A stretch of 63,439 bases of DNA, filler included, from 6 parts of 6 records of this genome joined end to end with filler, not necessarily neighbours in it; one strand, 5' to 3'. Shown: positions 12,893 through 24,278, counted from the whole stretch's first letter. Translations and numbers: made by a program. Notes: generated from the letters alone by a model not told the origin.

Positions 12893-13804
12893 TTAATTAT
12901 TTATCCAGAAGTTATACCAGCCGATTAGAAGAGGCACAAACTCAGCTGTCGCTTTCTGATGCCCCTCAGAACTCGGGTGACTATCCCCTGTCGGATAATA
13001 CAGTTCGTCAGGATGAGCAGGATCAACGGGATCGGTTGAAACAATATTCTCTTCTATTCCATTGTTCAACCAGTGATGATTATTGGGGTCGGTCAAAACA
13101 TTGTAGTAGTTGAAAGCATACACATTAGTTTCGCCATAATCTGCAAGCCAACCGTTGTCACGGTCTACCAACCAGTTTGACAATTCGCGAGTTAAAGCTG
13201 CTGAGCTGATTGTTATTTCAGGAGGTGGGATAATCAGCACAAACATTTTATCTGTACGGGCTTCGAAATAAGACAGTAAACTATTATAAATCTCTTTTTC
13301 GTCATCAATACTGTCGCCGACCTCACTGTTTGGGTAGCAAGACTTAAACATGATTATTTCGTTTTCACCGCCCGGATCTGCCATGGCGTTATCTGGGTAG
13401 TCAAAATGGGAGACATTTTCATAGACATAGGGCATTGTGGTATCATTAAACCACTCAGGCCAATTGACCGTATCTGTCCTGTCACCGAGGTTGTCGCCGG
13501 TTTCTGCATCCCAGCCGTAATCTGATTCTGTGACAAAGAAGTTATTGTCGTTCAACTCACGACCGAGCCCTCCCCAGGGGTCATTATCTCCAGAACGAAT
13601 CCAATAAGAGCCGGTACTGTGATGAATGAACATCAATTTGACCGTTGTTGCTGGTGGCGTTATGTCGAGAGTTTCTGCACCTGTATAATCATCAGCAGGG
13701 GAAGATAAGGATCCACTGCTACTGCCTCCTCCGCAGCCTGCGCAACAAAACAATACGAAAAAAGCTGATAAGATAGCGGCATAAGGAAGATTAACAATTC
13801 GCAC
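12893..13804 (-). CDS. Hypothetical lipoprotein, possible divergent SGNH-like hydrolase
   Basis: Lipobox-like CAGC then Gly/Ser linker; FIHHSTG, MFKSCYP, GDSHP motifs. Confidence 0.55.
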   Translation of the reverse strand: MRIVNLPYAAILSAFFVLFCCAGCGGGSSSGSLSSPADDYTGAETLDITPPATTVKLMFIHHSTGSYWIRSGDNDPWGGLGRELNDNNFFVTESDYGWDAETGDNLGDRTDTVNWPEWFNDTTMPYVYENVSHFDYPDNAMADPGGENEIIMFKSCYPNSEVGDSIDDEKEIYNSLLSYFEARTDKMFVLIIPPPEITISSAALTRELSNWLVDRDNGWLADYGETNVYAFNYYNVLTDPNNHHWLNNGIEENIVSTDPVDPAHPDELYYPTGDSHPSSEGHQKATAEFVPLLIGWYNFWINN

Positions 13805-13876
13805 TTTTTAACCCTTTATTTCAATATTCTGCAATATACATTTATGCAAGATGAAAACCTTAAAAACTGAAAACAC

Positions 13877-14995
13877 TCAACTCAGATTTTCAACGAGAGT
13901 TGAAACAATGCGCTCAGCGGCATGTCCATCCCATTTCTCCGGGACATCCCCACTGTGTTGCCGACCATTTAGAACCGCAAATGCTTCTTTAAGGATTAAG
14001 TCTTTATCATTACCAACCATAACGTTCGTTCCAACTTCACACGTGATCGGTCGTTCTGTGTTGGGCCTCATTGTAATACATGGGACACCCAGAACAGTCG
14101 TTTCTTCCTGTAAACCGCCGCTATCTGTCAAGACCAAGCGAGCATTCATATTCAAATGTAAAAACTCAAGATAACCAAGAGGCTCCGTTAGCCAAATACC
14201 GCCAGCATCCGAACTTTGATTGAAGTAGCCTTGAAAACCAAACTGATCGATCATTTTTTTAGTGCGAGGGTGAATGGGGAAAATTATTGGCAGGCGCTCT
14301 GCTATCTCTTTAAGGGCATCCAGAATTCCCTTCAGGATCTCTTTATCATCAACATTTCCAGGTCGGTGCATCGTCAGCGTTGCAAATTGTTTTGATTTCA
14401 ATCCAAGAGAATCCGTTAAGGTCAAGGCTGATGCCATCTGTTTGTGCTTGAGCAAGGTGTCGATCATGACGTTGCCGACAAAAAAGACTTTCTCGTCAGC
14501 GACACCTTCGGCCTTCAGGTTTTCATCGGCAAAGTGATCCGTAGTAAAAAGATAGTCACACAACACATCTGTACACAGCCGATTAATCTCTTCAGGCATG
14601 CTCATATCGCGTGAGCGTAACCCAGCCTCAACATGTGCGACCTTAATTCCCAGCTTTTTGGCAGTAATCGAACAGGCCATTGTAGAGTTCACATCACCGA
14701 CAACAATCACAAGATCAGGTTTTTCCTGAAGACAGACCTTCTCGAACTCGACCATGATCCTGGCAGTCTGCTCTGCGTGCGAACCAGAACCGACTTCCAG
14801 GTTGATATCAGGTTTAGGCATGCCGAGATCATTAAAAAATGATTGGCTCATTTTTTCGTCATAATGCTGACCCGTATGAACCAGAAGATGATTGATTCGC
14901 TCGGGGTATCTGTTCATAGCTTCGATGATCGGAGCCATTTTCATGAAGTTGGGCCGAGCACCAACAATATTAAGTATTTTCATAAAAACATCCAT
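13877..14995 (-). CDS. wecB: UDP-N-acetylglucosamine 2-epimerase (non-hydrolysing)
   Basis: VGARPNFMK, HTGQHYD, GDVNST, HVEAGLRS, PEEINR, TDSGGLQEE. Confidence 0.95.
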   Translation of the reverse strand: MDVFMKILNIVGARPNFMKMAPIIEAMNRYPERINHLLVHTGQHYDEKMSQSFFNDLGMPKPDINLEVGSGSHAEQTARIMVEFEKVCLQEKPDLVIVVGDVNSTMACSITAKKLGIKVAHVEAGLRSRDMSMPEEINRLCTDVLCDYLFTTDHFADENLKAEGVADEKVFFVGNVMIDTLLKHKQMASALTLTDSLGLKSKQFATLTMHRPGNVDDKEILKGILDALKEIAERLPIIFPIHPRTKKMIDQFGFQGYFNQSSDAGGIWLTEPLGYLEFLHLNMNARLVLTDSGGLQEETTVLGVPCITMRPNTERPITCEVGTNVMVGNDKDLILKEAFAVLNGRQHSGDVPEKWDGHAAERIVSTLVENLS

Positions 14996-15119
14996 TATTA
15001 AAAGAGCAATTGTTACAAAAAAACTTAGAAAACTTGACTCAATATTGTTTTAATATTAAATCATCATTTATTATAAACAACTATTATATATTCAACGATA
15101 TATCAAATCGTATTTCGAG

Positions 15120-15707
15120 GTGAAAATGTTAAATAAATTAAAAAAAGTTTGGTGGGAATTTAATAAGCCTCTATTCTGGTATGATTTTCTGTATTATTTC
15201 ATAGAAAGCATACCAGGTCTTGCAGGGCAAAAATTGCGCGGGACACTGGTATCTAAATATTCTGCTCGATGCGATGGTGGCAATTTAATAATTCACCGTC
15301 GTGCAACACTTCAGGGCATTCACTCCTTAACTCTTGGAGAAAACGTCCAAGTAGGACAGGACGTTTTCATTCAAGCCAACGGAAAAGTGATTTTAGAAGA
15401 CAATGTTATGATTGGTCCAGGTACAAAAATCTGGTCAGTCAATCATAGATTTGAAGACATCAACATACCTATCTATGATCAAGGTTACACACAAGAAGCC
15501 GTCACAATAAAAAAAGGTGTCTGGATCGGGGCAAATTCATTTGTAATGCCTGGTGTCACACTGCCGGAGGGCTGTGTAGTCTGTGCATGCACAGTGGTCA
15601 ACAAAAAGAAGTACAAGCCATACTCAATTCTCTCAGGCAACCCATGTCGTATGATTGGGACAAGATCACCTCAGGGAGATAAACAATTGGATGAATCTAA
15701 GGATTGA
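15120..15707 (+). CDS. Hexapeptide-repeat (LbH) acyltransferase, maltose/galactoside O-acetyltransferase-like
   Basis: Hexapeptide repeats, NHRF, VWIGANSFVMPGV, GNPCR. Confidence 0.85.
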   Translation: MKMLNKLKKVWWEFNKPLFWYDFLYYFIESIPGLAGQKLRGTLVSKYSARCDGGNLIIHRRATLQGIHSLTLGENVQVGQDVFIQANGKVILEDNVMIGPGTKIWSVNHRFEDINIPIYDQGYTQEAVTIKKGVWIGANSFVMPGVTLPEGCVVCACTVVNKKKYKPYSILSGNPCRMIGTRSPQGDKQLDESKD

Positions 15708-16359
15708 TTTCAACCAGGAAATTGAGCAACTTGGTTGCTACATACTTACGACCTTTTTCATTTAAATGGCCGCCATCATCACTATAATCATCAATCATAG
15801 CCAAATAAGTATCGCCCTTATAGTCAAAAGAATTTATAAAACCGTCAGCTTTGGTCGCTTCAGCACTTGCGATGTCAAAAACCAAACCTGTACCACCAAA
15901 TGCATCTAAGACCATCTTGTTATAACGATTGCGAGCAACATTATCCGCATATTCCCAGAGATCACGTCCCAGCATTTTTTTGACTGTTGTTTTCCAATTC
16001 GTTTTATTGACTTTCAAAGGGGCAGTGAAGTGGATTAATTTAATGTCAGGAAAATCAGCATTTATTTTCAACATAACCGACTGATAATATTCAAATATAT
16101 TTTCGATATCAGTGTCTTTATTGATATCAACATAACATAATTTTAGAAAAGCAATATCCGGCTTAACATTTGCTTTAGAAATATTTTCATAAAATGCATC
16201 AATCTTAGATATTGGATCGAAATTTTCACCAACTCTTGCATGTGAAAACGAACCAACATTGTCAAAGACCCCTTCTTTAAAGTGACTCACTTGCAAAGTC
16301 CCAGATGTCACATCATTAATGCCATCCAGTATGTTTTCACCAACAGACTGATGTCCAAA
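15697..16359 (-). CDS. Hypothetical SGNH-like protein (5' truncated)
   Basis: Frame open to contig end giving FGHQSVGENILDG; FLKLCYVD; DGGHLN near C-terminus. Confidence 0.6.
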   Translation of the reverse strand, partial: FGHQSVGENILDGINDVTSGTLQVSHFKEGVFDNVGSFSHARVGENFDPISKIDAFYENISKANVKPDIAFLKLCYVDINKDTDIENIFEYYQSVMLKINADFPDIKLIHFTAPLKVNKTNWKTTVKKMLGRDLWEYADNVARNRYNKMVLDAFGGTGLVFDIASAEATKADGFINSFDYKGDTYLAMIDDYSDDGGHLNEKGRKYVATKLLNFLVEINP

Positions 16360-16361
16360 AA

Positions 16362-16461
16362 NNNNNNNNNNNNNNNNNNNNNNNNNNNNNNNNNNNNNNN
16401 NNNNNTTAATTAATTAANNNNNNNNNNNNNNNNNNNNNNNNNNNNNNNNNNNNNNNNNNNN
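16362..16461. other. Contig-join spacer
   Basis: N run with TTAATTAATTAA. Confidence 0.98.
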
Positions 16462-16462
16462 C

Positions 16463-16648
16463 TTTTATTATATCGACACAGAATTTCCTTACGACGAAAT
16501 GTGGTTATACTTTTTAGATGAATGCAACAAACGGTCAATTTATAAGGATTCTATGAACTTCTATAAAGATGACATTGTCCTGACTCTTTCAACTTGCACA
16601 ACAGAGGAAGATGGCAGGTTGGTGGTAATGGCTAAGCTGTTGCGATAA
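16463..16648 (+). CDS. srtB: Class B sortase, C-terminal fragment
   Basis: Hand translation ends DIVLTLSTCTTEEDGRLVVMAKLLR*; TLSTC catalytic motif plus Arg. Confidence 0.8.
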   Translation, partial: FYYIDTEFPYDEMWLYFLDECNKRSIYKDSMNFYKDDIVLTLSTCTTEEDGRLVVMAKLLR

Positions 16649-16946
16649 AAGTGATTTAGCACACTTGAAATTGTAGAGAACGTATATTTTGATATGCTGA
16701 GTGGATCACTTTATCAGACTATAGTTTGCTGAGGTAGATTCTTTGGAACTATATGATTGAATAATTATAACGGATTTTTCTATGATGTAAGGATGGTCTA
16801 AATGCTTTTGTTATATTAACCTGACATAAAAAAATCCTAAAACACAGAATAATAGAATTAAACTAGGCAAAAGTGATGAAACTAAGCAACCGAAATCACT
16901 ACAAAGCACACTGCTTATCACCGCCATTGACAGGTCTGTTCTTAGT

Positions 16947-16982
16947 ATTGTTAACTATACGTTTACCAGAGTATGTTATAAT
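16947..16982 (+). promoter_or_regulatory. Promoter with 11-bp-period direct repeat and extended -10
   Basis: ATTGTTAACTATACGTTTACCAGAGTATG then TTATAAT (TGn-TATAAT); near-identical copy at 19847. Confidence 0.6.
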
Positions 16983-17006
16983 ATTTTTGATATAACTAGG
17001 AGATGC

Positions 17007-17936
17007 GTGCGCGTGAAAAAAGTAATAATTGTAGATGATGAAGTTGATGCAATAGAAAGAATGAGAAGACTGCTAATAAATATTGAGTATTTAGAAGTTG
17101 CTAATGTGTTTTTAGATTCTGCTATGGCTCTTGAATATTGCATTGAAAATAAAATAGATATAGTATATATAGATATTGAAATGCCGATAATGAACGGTAT
17201 AGAATTTTGCCGAAAACTCTCAAAGGCTCGAAAGAAAACAAAGGTTGTTTTTGCAACTGCTTATAAGGAATATTCCCTAGATGCTTTTGATGTATTTGCA
17301 TCAGGCTTTTTAGTAAAACCCATTGTTTATCAAAAGTTAGTTGCATTAACAGAAAAAATTTTGGACATACAAACTGATGATGTTAAAGTAAGCGTTAAGG
17401 TTTGCGGTATGCCTTTGGTAACTGTCAATGGGAGTAATTTGCTATTTAGAACTAAAAAATCAGAAGAGTTGTTTTATTATTTAATTGCTAATAAAGATAA
17501 CTATGTTTCAAAGGAACTTATAATAGATAATTTATGGGGACATAAAGAATTTGATAGTGCCAGTACACTTCTAAAAACTAATATATATTATCTTCGAAAA
17601 ACATTGAAAGATATTCCAAATAACCATTTTATTATTAACAATAAATTAAGTACATATATACTAAAAGCAAATAAGTTCGAATATGATTTGCAAGAATTAT
17701 ATGAGCTTCTGACAATAAATAAAGATATGGAATTCTATGATGTTAAAGAAAGAATTAAAAAGATAATTTATATGTACGATGGTAATATTTATAAAGGTAA
17801 ATACTATAGTTGGATTTCTTCTGTTCAAAGTAAATTAGACAGCATGATGAATGATTTTATTACACATATCCAAACCAATGAACTAGCCCCTTATCCTTTA
17901 ATAGCAAAACTGGAGAATATGTATGAAGATAACTAG
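17007..17936 (+). CDS. Response regulator (REC plus SARP-like winged helix)
   Basis: IVDDE, DIEMP, FATAY, VKP; FRTKKSEELFYYL and IIDNLW output domain. Confidence 0.85.
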   Translation: MRVKKVIIVDDEVDAIERMRRLLINIEYLEVANVFLDSAMALEYCIENKIDIVYIDIEMPIMNGIEFCRKLSKARKKTKVVFATAYKEYSLDAFDVFASGFLVKPIVYQKLVALTEKILDIQTDDVKVSVKVCGMPLVTVNGSNLLFRTKKSEELFYYLIANKDNYVSKELIIDNLWGHKEFDSASTLLKTNIYYLRKTLKDIPNNHFIINNKLSTYILKANKFEYDLQELYELLTINKDMEFYDVKERIKKIIYMYDGNIYKGKYYSWISSVQSKLDSMMNDFITHIQTNELAPYPLIAKLENMYEDN

Positions 17937-19734
17937 ATATGTTTTATTTTTTATATTAATATGCTTGATAGTTTTGCTGTTTAGCAAAGAAGCCGAGATT
18001 AAAAGAGTCAGTAATGGTGTAGTAGATTATTCCTTAGCTAACGAAAGTGTTATAGGCTTATATGGCGATTGGGAATTCTATTATAATATGAGTAAAGATG
18101 ACATTAATAATTTAAGCAAAGAAACCAAAAAAGTACCGGAATTTTGGAGTAATTACGAAGAGGGTTTTGACAAATATGGGTATGGTACTTACAAAGTAAA
18201 AATTAGTGGGTTAGAAGAAAATGAGATATATACTGTTTTTGTACCAACTATTGGGACGAGTGCAAACATATACATTAATGATAAATTAGCACATACAATG
18301 GGCAAATTTGGGAAAGTAGAAAGTGATTATTTCCCAAAATTCGATATTGCATATATAGATTTTATGGCTGATGCAGAGTGTTCGGAAATAGTTATAGAAG
18401 TTGCCAACTATGTTTACGCAAGAAGTGGTTTATGGTTGCCTTTAAAGCTTGGAACCAAAGAAGTAATGACTGATTATAGACTAATGCGTACGACGATGGA
18501 AGGCATAGTTGTTGGGATAGCGCTTATAATGTTGGCTGCCCTTTTTTATCTTTTGGCCATCATAAAAGATAAGTTGATAGCAATATCGTTAATTCTAGCA
18601 TCGATACTGACGTTAATATATCAGTTTACTAAAGGGGAAAGACTCATTATACTGATGTTTCCTGATATAAGTATGGCAACCATAGTCAAATTGCAGTATA
18701 TGGTTTTATATCTATTGCCGCTGTGCATGTTGATTTTTTTAATAAGGATGAAAGGAATTAAAAAAATTGGCATTATCAACAAATCTCTTATTTTAATTAG
18801 TATTGTAATTACAATAATCACTATATTTTTACCAGTATCGATATTTACCGAGTTTTCTCACTTTGGTTATTTTGTGACATTTTCAATTATAACGGATGTA
18901 TTTTTCCTTTGTATATTTGATGCCATAAGAGGAGATATGAAAAGCAGAGTTGTTTTGTATGCGCTTTTGTCAATTGGAGTGACAACAGCACACGATTTGC
19001 TTATTACAAATAATATTATTGGCGGTAAAATGGATATATTAGCCATGGGTTTTTTAATTGCTATTATGATATTTAGTGTATTAGTAATTACAGAAATACA
19101 AAAAAAGTTTGACAAAGCAGCATTAGTAGATGTTTATGAACAGGGTTATCTTAATTCTCAGATAAAATCTCACTTTATATTTAATTCGCTTAATTCAATT
19201 ACCAACAAGATTAAAACAAATGCTGATGAAGCAGAAGAATTAGCCGTTACTTTTTCTGCTTATTTAAGAGATACTATTGATTGGCATAATCTCAGTGCTA
19301 CAATTCCTTTTGCAAAAGAACTTGAAATGACAGAAAACTATGTATTTATTCAACAAAATAGATTTAAGGATATCGAATTTACATTTGAAATAGAAGAGGA
19401 TTTTGATGCTGATATTCCTCCACTAACACTTCAACCGCTTGTGGAAAATGCTGTTATACATGGATTAAAACCACAAAAATACAAAGGTGTAATTAAAATA
19501 AAAGCATATACTATAGATGACCGAAAGTATTTAGAAGTTTTTAATAGTGGTGTTGGAATGGATGCAGATACATTGGACGAATTGCGATTAAAAATGTCGA
19601 AAGAATATAAAGAACATAAACTGAACGATAGAATAGGTATATTAAACATTAATGGAAGAATAAAGGAACTTACTGGTGATCCTCTTGAAATTAATTCTTC
19701 CAAGAAGGGTGTTAGCATAATAATAAAATTATAG
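17923..19734 (+). CDS. Sensor histidine kinase (7TM-DISM-like sensor, LytS-type kinase core)
   Basis: Extracellular GDWEFY/GYGTY domain, about 7 TM segments, SQIKSHFIFNSLN, LQPLVENAVIHG, GIGILNI-like G box. Confidence 0.88.
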   Translation: MKITRYVLFFILICLIVLLFSKEAEIKRVSNGVVDYSLANESVIGLYGDWEFYYNMSKDDINNLSKETKKVPEFWSNYEEGFDKYGYGTYKVKISGLEENEIYTVFVPTIGTSANIYINDKLAHTMGKFGKVESDYFPKFDIAYIDFMADAECSEIVIEVANYVYARSGLWLPLKLGTKEVMTDYRLMRTTMEGIVVGIALIMLAALFYLLAIIKDKLIAISLILASILTLIYQFTKGERLIILMFPDISMATIVKLQYMVLYLLPLCMLIFLIRMKGIKKIGIINKSLILISIVITIITIFLPVSIFTEFSHFGYFVTFSIITDVFFLCIFDAIRGDMKSRVVLYALLSIGVTTAHDLLITNNIIGGKMDILAMGFLIAIMIFSVLVITEIQKKFDKAALVDVYEQGYLNSQIKSHFIFNSLNSITNKIKTNADEAEELAVTFSAYLRDTIDWHNLSATIPFAKELEMTENYVFIQQNRFKDIEFTFEIEEDFDADIPPLTLQPLVENAVIHGLKPQKYKGVIKIKAYTIDDRKYLEVFNSGVGMDADTLDELRLKMSKEYKEHKLNDRIGILNINGRIKELTGDPLEINSSKKGVSIIIKL

Positions 19735-19756
19735 TAAAATTTTAATAACGCACGAT

Positions 19757-19800
19757 AAACCCTAGATATTTTTGCGATAGCTAGGTTTTTTTGTTTTTTT
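19757..19800 (+). terminator. Probable intrinsic terminator after the kinase
   Basis: AAACCCTAG...CTAGGTTT imperfect stem followed by long T tracts. Confidence 0.55.
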
Positions 19801-19846
19801 ATTTGTTTATTGATAAAAACCTATATTTTGGCTGTTTTTACACTTG

Positions 19847-19880
19847 ATTGTTTACCATTCGTTTATCAGAGTATGATAAT
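19847..19880 (+). promoter_or_regulatory. Second copy of the direct-repeat promoter motif
   Basis: ATTGTTTACCATTCGTTTATCAGAGTATG; 25 of 29 positions identical to 16947-16975. Confidence 0.6.
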
Positions 19881-20031
19881 TTATTATATATTTGGATGAA
19901 CATATGTCATGATTAAATTTTTTGAATTGTTTGGTACAGAATAAGTCGAGCCTATTATTATGACTGTGAAAATTATAGATTTTTTAATTACTATTTTTAA
20001 TTTGACAAAACAAAGAGGGAAGACAAAAAAC

Positions 20032-23000
20032 ATGAAAAGAATACTATACACATTGATACTGGCAATTATTTTAAGTGCAATATTTATCCCAACTATTGCT
20101 TATGCGGATAGCTGGAATGCAACTGAGGGCATTTTAATTATTGATCAAGATAATGCCACCGGAATTATTGGTCTTTATGAAAGAGCTGATAATCTAGGAG
20201 CTGCGGCTATGGATGTAAAACAGCTAATTATCACAAGCGATATAAAATATGAGGCGCTTGGTCAAGGTACGTGGAGTCATGATATTCAATTTATTAGGGA
20301 ATGTACCAATATGACAAAATTGGATGTTGCCTCAAATATTGATGTCGTTTGGCCGGAAGCAGATGGAGAGAATAACGATTTTTTTATGAACAACTCAAAC
20401 ATTAAAGAGGTAAATTTCCCTGCGTTTGAACTTGGTGAAAATGCATTTTATGATTGCCAGAATTTAGAAAGTGTTACTCTACCAAATGCTGTGAGTATAG
20501 GGCTGAATGCATTTTATAATATTGGTACTTTAACTTCAATTTCATTACCAGAACTTACAAGATTATCTAATGGTTCATTTCAATGTGCTTCTAATTTGCC
20601 TTCTTTTTCTCTGCCCAAAGTTACTAGTTTTGGTGATTCTGTTTTTGAAAGTGCAAGTTTTGATTTTGAGTCTGTATTGACAATGCCTGCTAATCCGCCG
20701 TCAGTGACTGGCATTAATGGTGAACTGCTTCCCGATGTACATATTGACGGTTCTGGTATGAAAATACTTGTCCCGAATGGATCTGCAAAAACAGCATATT
20801 TAAATGTTGATGATGGAGATACCATGGATGGATGCTGGTATGGCTTTGAGGTTACTAAAGCACCAGTTCTACCATATATTAGATCTACTGAGCCTGAAGA
20901 CGGTGATGAAAGAGTAGTAGTAGATAAAGATACAACAAATTTATTTATAGAATTTAGTGAGGCTATTGAAATTTTTGATGGAGATGGTATTATACCAGGT
21001 AGTATCTATGTATATCAAGAAGATAGTCCAAATGATATTCTTCTTGAAGAAATTAAAGTTCTAGGTGATGATGGGATGATGATTAGCAGTCAGATTGCTT
21101 TAGAAAATCCAGTTGATGAACAGCCTGATGGATCGTGTTCTGGATATTTAAATGCCAGAATCAGTCTAACAAATGATTTGCCTAAAGGAAAAAATATCTA
21201 TATTAAGATTGATAATAATATATTTAGAGATATTGATGATAATGCACATTTTACGGGTATAAATGATAAAACGACTTGGAACTTTAAAACAGAGTTTGCT
21301 GCACCTAAAATTGTTTCCACTAATCCAGCTGATGATGCCGAAGATGTTTCTAAAAAGAATAATTTAACCATAACATTTGATCAGGATGTTATAGCTGGTA
21401 ATAATGGGTGGGTTTCTCTTTACAGAGCAGGTGGTACCGAAATTGAATCTTTTCAAGTTAAGAATAGTAACAAAGTGACTATATCAGGAAAAACTGTAAC
21501 AGTTAATCCTTCATCGGATCTACTTTCAAATACAGAGTATTATGTTAAGATTGCAAGTAATGCATTTAGAAATGATGAGTATAGTTGGTTTGCTGGAATC
21601 AATGATAGTACAACATGGTCTTTTAAAACAGCAATTGATCCACCTAAAATATATGATTTAGATCCTGATGATAATAAGACAAATGTTCCAATAGCTGCAA
21701 ACTTAAAAATTAGATTTAATGAAGATATTGTAAAAGGTACTGGGAATATTGTCCTTAAAAAAGTAGTGACAGATGGTGAAGACCAAGTTGTTGAAACATT
21801 TGACATCGAAGACGAAACGGGGAAAGTGTCACTTATATACGGTCATACTATAGAATTAAATCCGACGAATGATATGCCTTATGGTGAAAAAATGTATGTG
21901 ACGATTGATGATACTGCAATTGAAAGTGAAGATCATGAGGATGTTTTTTTTGAAGGAATAAGTGATAGTGAAACTTGGAATTTTACAACAACTCATGAGC
22001 CACCTACGATTACTTCTACTACACCAGCACATGGTGCGACAGAAGTTTTGCCAAATTCAAACTTAACTATTACATTTAATGAAAATGTTTTTAAGGGTAC
22101 TACTGGTTATATTGAAATTAAAGAAATGTCATCTCCGTATGATAGTCAAAAGATTTATGTTTCAGATGATGCTGTAAGTATTTCGGGTAGCACTGTAACT
22201 ATTAATCCTACAGCTAATATGCCTTCGGGTAAAGATGTTTGGGTTGGTATTAATAGATATGCGTTTAAAAACGTCAAAGATGCTTATTTTGAAGGAATTA
22301 CTAGTTACTCGACATGGAACTTCACAATCGCTGATGCACCATCGATTTCTTCTAAGAGTCCTGCTGACGAGGCAACAGATGTTGCGATAGATTCAAACTT
22401 AACTATGACATTTGACCAAGCAATCTCCAAGGGTACTGGGAATATTGTTCTTAAAAAAGTGTCTGATGATTCAGTCGTTGAGACAATTGCCGTTACTAGC
22501 AGTAATGTAACTGTTTCAGATAAGACGGTGACGATAAATCCAGCATCAGATATGTCTAATAGTCAAGAAATATATGTTGAAGTTGCAAGTACTGCATTTA
22601 AAAACAGTAGTGACGTATACTTTGCTGGAATAAGCGGTAAGACGACATGGAACTTTACAACGGTATATTTACCACCTACAATTTCATCTACTACGCCTGC
22701 TGATAATGCAACAGGAGTTGCAATTGATGCAGACTTAAAGATTACATTTGATCAAGCGATAAAGAAGGGTACTGTTGGGGATATTAGCATTAAAAAAGTA
22801 TCAGATGACACAGAGGTTGGAACTCTTTCAGTTACAAGTGCTAATGTTAGCATTTCGGATAAGACAGTAACAATAAACCCAACATCAGATTTGCCATCGA
22901 GTGAAAGCTTGTATGTAACGATTGATGTTACTGCATTTGATAGTACGCATGATAAAGACTTTGCTGGAATAAGCGATAAGACAACATGGAACTTTACAGT

Positions 23001-23602
23001 AGCAAAATTGCCGTCTGAGCTTTCGGGACTATCGATTAGTAAAGGTATACTTTCTCCAGCATTCGATGCTGACAATAAAACATACACATCATCGGTAGCT
23101 TATACGGTCGGTTCGATTGATATAACACCATCGGCAGATAGTGAGTGTACAATCAAAGTAAATAATGGGGCTTCAGTTAATGGAAGTGCTAAAACTGTAA
23201 ACTTGAGTTATGGTGCAAATATTATTTCTATCATAGTAAGTAGAGCGGGATATGCTGATACTGAATATAAAATTACTGTGACAAGAGGACAGCCGCCATC
23301 ATTTACTATTACATATAATGCAAAAGGCGGAACTGGTACTGAGACTCAAACGGGTACTTTAGATACCGTTGTTACACTCAGTGATGGAAAAAAATTCTCA
23401 TACGATGGTTATGTTTTAGAGGGTTGGGAGATATCTAGTAAAGACTATGAACTAGGCGCATTATATACGCTGTCAAGTGATATAACCGCATATGCTAATT
23501 GGGCTACTGATACTGATGGTGATGGATTAAGTGATGCAGATGAAGGTAAGGCTGGTACTGACCCGACTGATGCAAATGATGAACCAGATACAGGAACGGT
23601 TG
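20032..23602 (+). CDS. Large secreted surface protein: BspA-type LRR, six Ig-like (Big_5/SbsA) repeats, cadherin-like beta-sandwich, InlB B-repeat, Ca-binding repeat (3' truncated)
   Basis: Signal peptide MKRILYT...AYA at 20032; LGENAFYDC repeats; six units ending TW(N/S)F(K/T); LSPAFD; ITYNAKGG; DTDGDGLSD. Confidence 0.85.
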
Positions 23603-23702
23603 NNNNNNNNNNNNNNNNNNNNNNNNNNNNNNNNNNNNNNNNNNNNTTAATTAATTAANNNNNNNNNNNNNNNNNNNNNNNNNNNNNNNNNNNNNNNNNN
23701 NN
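23603..23702. other. Contig-join spacer
   Basis: N run with TTAATTAATTAA. Confidence 0.98.
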
Positions 23703-24263
23703 CTCACCGACCTGTTTGATATCCCAATTTGAAAACAGCGCGTCAACCTGGGCCCCGTCAAAGAACCGTTTTGTCAGTCCGTCAATCCGGTAGTAATGGG
23801 GCTCAATCTCCTCGCCCTGCCCCGCGCCGAAATGAAAATCGTTCACGGAATTAAGCCGGCACAGCAAAAAGCCGCCGTCCTGCAGAACCTCGGAAATATT
23901 GCCGACTATCCTGACGGTTTCCTCCCACGTAAAGTAATGCAGGCTCAGGTCCGCGATAACGACTCGGAACGTCTTTTCATCAAACGGCAATCCGTCGCGC
24001 ATATCGAGCTGAAGCGTTTTCGCGCTTGGGACAAAGCATCGGACGTTCTCGACAGCCTTTGGCTTTTTATCACAACTGACCGTCCGGTACCCGCGCTCGG
24101 CCAGATAAAGGCTATCGTTGCCGTAGCCGCAGCCCAAATCCAAAATGGGCATGTCCCGGGACGATTCCAAAATAGCCTGATGCTTGTCCAGCCACAGGTC
24201 GTATACCGGCAGCTTACCCGGCCCGCAGGAATGCGCGGTATTTTTATCGTCAGACGCCATCAA
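23703..24263 (-). CDS. Class I SAM-dependent methyltransferase (3' truncated)
   Basis: ILDLGCGYG motif I, ADLSLHYF, LQDGG. Confidence 0.85.
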
Positions 24264-24278
24264 AGCACCTCCGGTTGT

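Noticed and set aside
16866-16940. c-di-GMP-I riboswitch-like GGCAAA-AGTGAT...ATCACT-ACAAAGC
   Set aside because: Lacks the GACGCA junction and a clear second stem, and lies upstream of the predicted promoter; an Rfam scan would settle it.
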